Positions 63,238-64,000 of a stretch of 64,000 nucleotides of DNA are shown piece by piece. This stretch comes from an uncultured Rivularia sp. (GTDB taxonomy: Bacteria > Cyanobacteriota > Cyanobacteriia > Cyanobacteriales > Nostocaceae): contig OY762007.1 in the NCBI GenBank assembly GCA_963665115.1, positions 6,592,001 to 6,656,000 on the forward strand, read 5' to 3'. Made by a program: the position numbers and the translations under genes. The number at the start of each line of letters is the position of its first letter. Position 1 is the first letter of the stretch. Below the pieces are notes generated by a model. It saw only the letters and a program-made list of their open reading frames with translations. It did no database searches and was not told the DNA's origin.

Positions 63238-64000
63238 TTAAGGATATAATCCTCGATCGTTCATAGCTTGCGCTACTCTTCCTACACCAAGTACATAAGC
63301 TGCTAATCTGGGAGAAATTTTCCTTTCCTGAGATTGCTGCATGACTTTACGATATGCCTGCACCATCAAATTTTCCATTTCGCCATTCACTTTTTCTTCA
63401 TCCCAAAACAAGTAAGAAAGTCCCTGTACCCATTCGAGATAACTAACTACAACTCCACCAGCGTTACTTAAAATATCTGGTAATACTGTTACACCACGGG
63501 CTTCTAATTCTAGGTTTGCTTCGAGTGTAACTGGGCCATTTGCGGCTTCAGCAATAATATTAGCTTGGATTCGATCGGCGTTTTCTTTAGTAATTTGATT
63601 TTCTAAAGCTGCGGGAATTAATACGTCACAAGGTAAGGTTAATAACTCTGCATTACTAATTGGTTTCGCTTGAGGAAATCCCGAAATTTTTCTATTATTA
63701 TCTTTTTTATAAGCTTTCAATTCTTCTATATCTAAACCATTCTCCGCGAAAACACCACCTGAACCTGTAGATACGGCAATAATTTTTGCTCCGGCTTGAT
63801 GCAGCAATTCAGCCGCAGCGCCGCCGACGTTGCCAAAACCTTGGATGGCAATTCGGGTATCTTTTAAAGATTTACCTTTATCTTTTAAAGCTTCGCGAAC
63901 GATAATCATTACACCACGTCCGGTTGCCATTTCTCTTCCCAAGGAACCACCGATCGAAAGCGGTTTCCCGGTGACTACTCCAGGTACTGCATGACCGATA
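63238..64000 (-). CDS. gdhA: Glu/Leu/Phe/Val dehydrogenase (glutamate dehydrogenase), 3' part
   Basis: VVTGKPLSIGGSLGREMATGRG, IQGFGNVG, EAANGP, PDILSNAGGVVVSYLEWVQ; the frame stays open to the window edge. Confidence 0.9.
   Translation of the reverse strand, partial: IGHAVPGVVTGKPLSIGGSLGREMATGRGVMIIVREALKDKGKSLKDTRIAIQGFGNVGGAAAELLHQAGAKIIAVSTGSGGVFAENGLDIEELKAYKKDNNRKISGFPQAKPISNAELLTLPCDVLIPAALENQITKENADRIQANIIAEAANGPVTLEANLELEARGVTVLPDILSNAGGVVVSYLEWVQGLSYLFWDEEKVNGEMENLMVQAYRKVMQQSQERKISPRLAAYVLGVGRVAQAMNDRGLYP

Overview
AT-rich chromosomal window from a cyanobacterium, probably a heterocyst-forming one (many GCGATCGC HIP1 octamers and STRR-type heptamer arrays). Housekeeping genes include mfd, an ABC exporter, tRNA-Tyr, tRNA-Thr, two GT4 glycosyltransferases, an MscS channel, ahcY, fmt, minCDE and the 3' part of a Glu/Leu/Phe/Val dehydrogenase. 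Three accessory regions stand out. (1) 8.1-24.6 kb: a tandem array of 12 internalin-like LRR loci (7 intact, 5 broken) with mosaic ends and readable deletion junctions. (2) 27.4-35.7 kb: a defence-island-like block after tRNA-Thr, holding an XRE regulator, a decayed type I hsdM fragment, a tightly coupled NurA-like nuclease / HerA-like ATPase / DUF4338 (DruA-like) operon and three tandem toxin-antitoxin pairs. The three-gene operon is the best candidate for an undescribed system. (3) 57.6-61.5 kb: a P-loop NTPase fused to 14 near-identical 144-bp TPR-like repeats with a few hypervariable positions, interrupted by a 1-nt insertion. Several families of nested non-autonomous repeats (MITE, REP and SDR-like) are present, including inverted copies of a composite element bracketing a glycosyltransferase gene. 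All family assignments come from motif recognition by eye; no searches were run.
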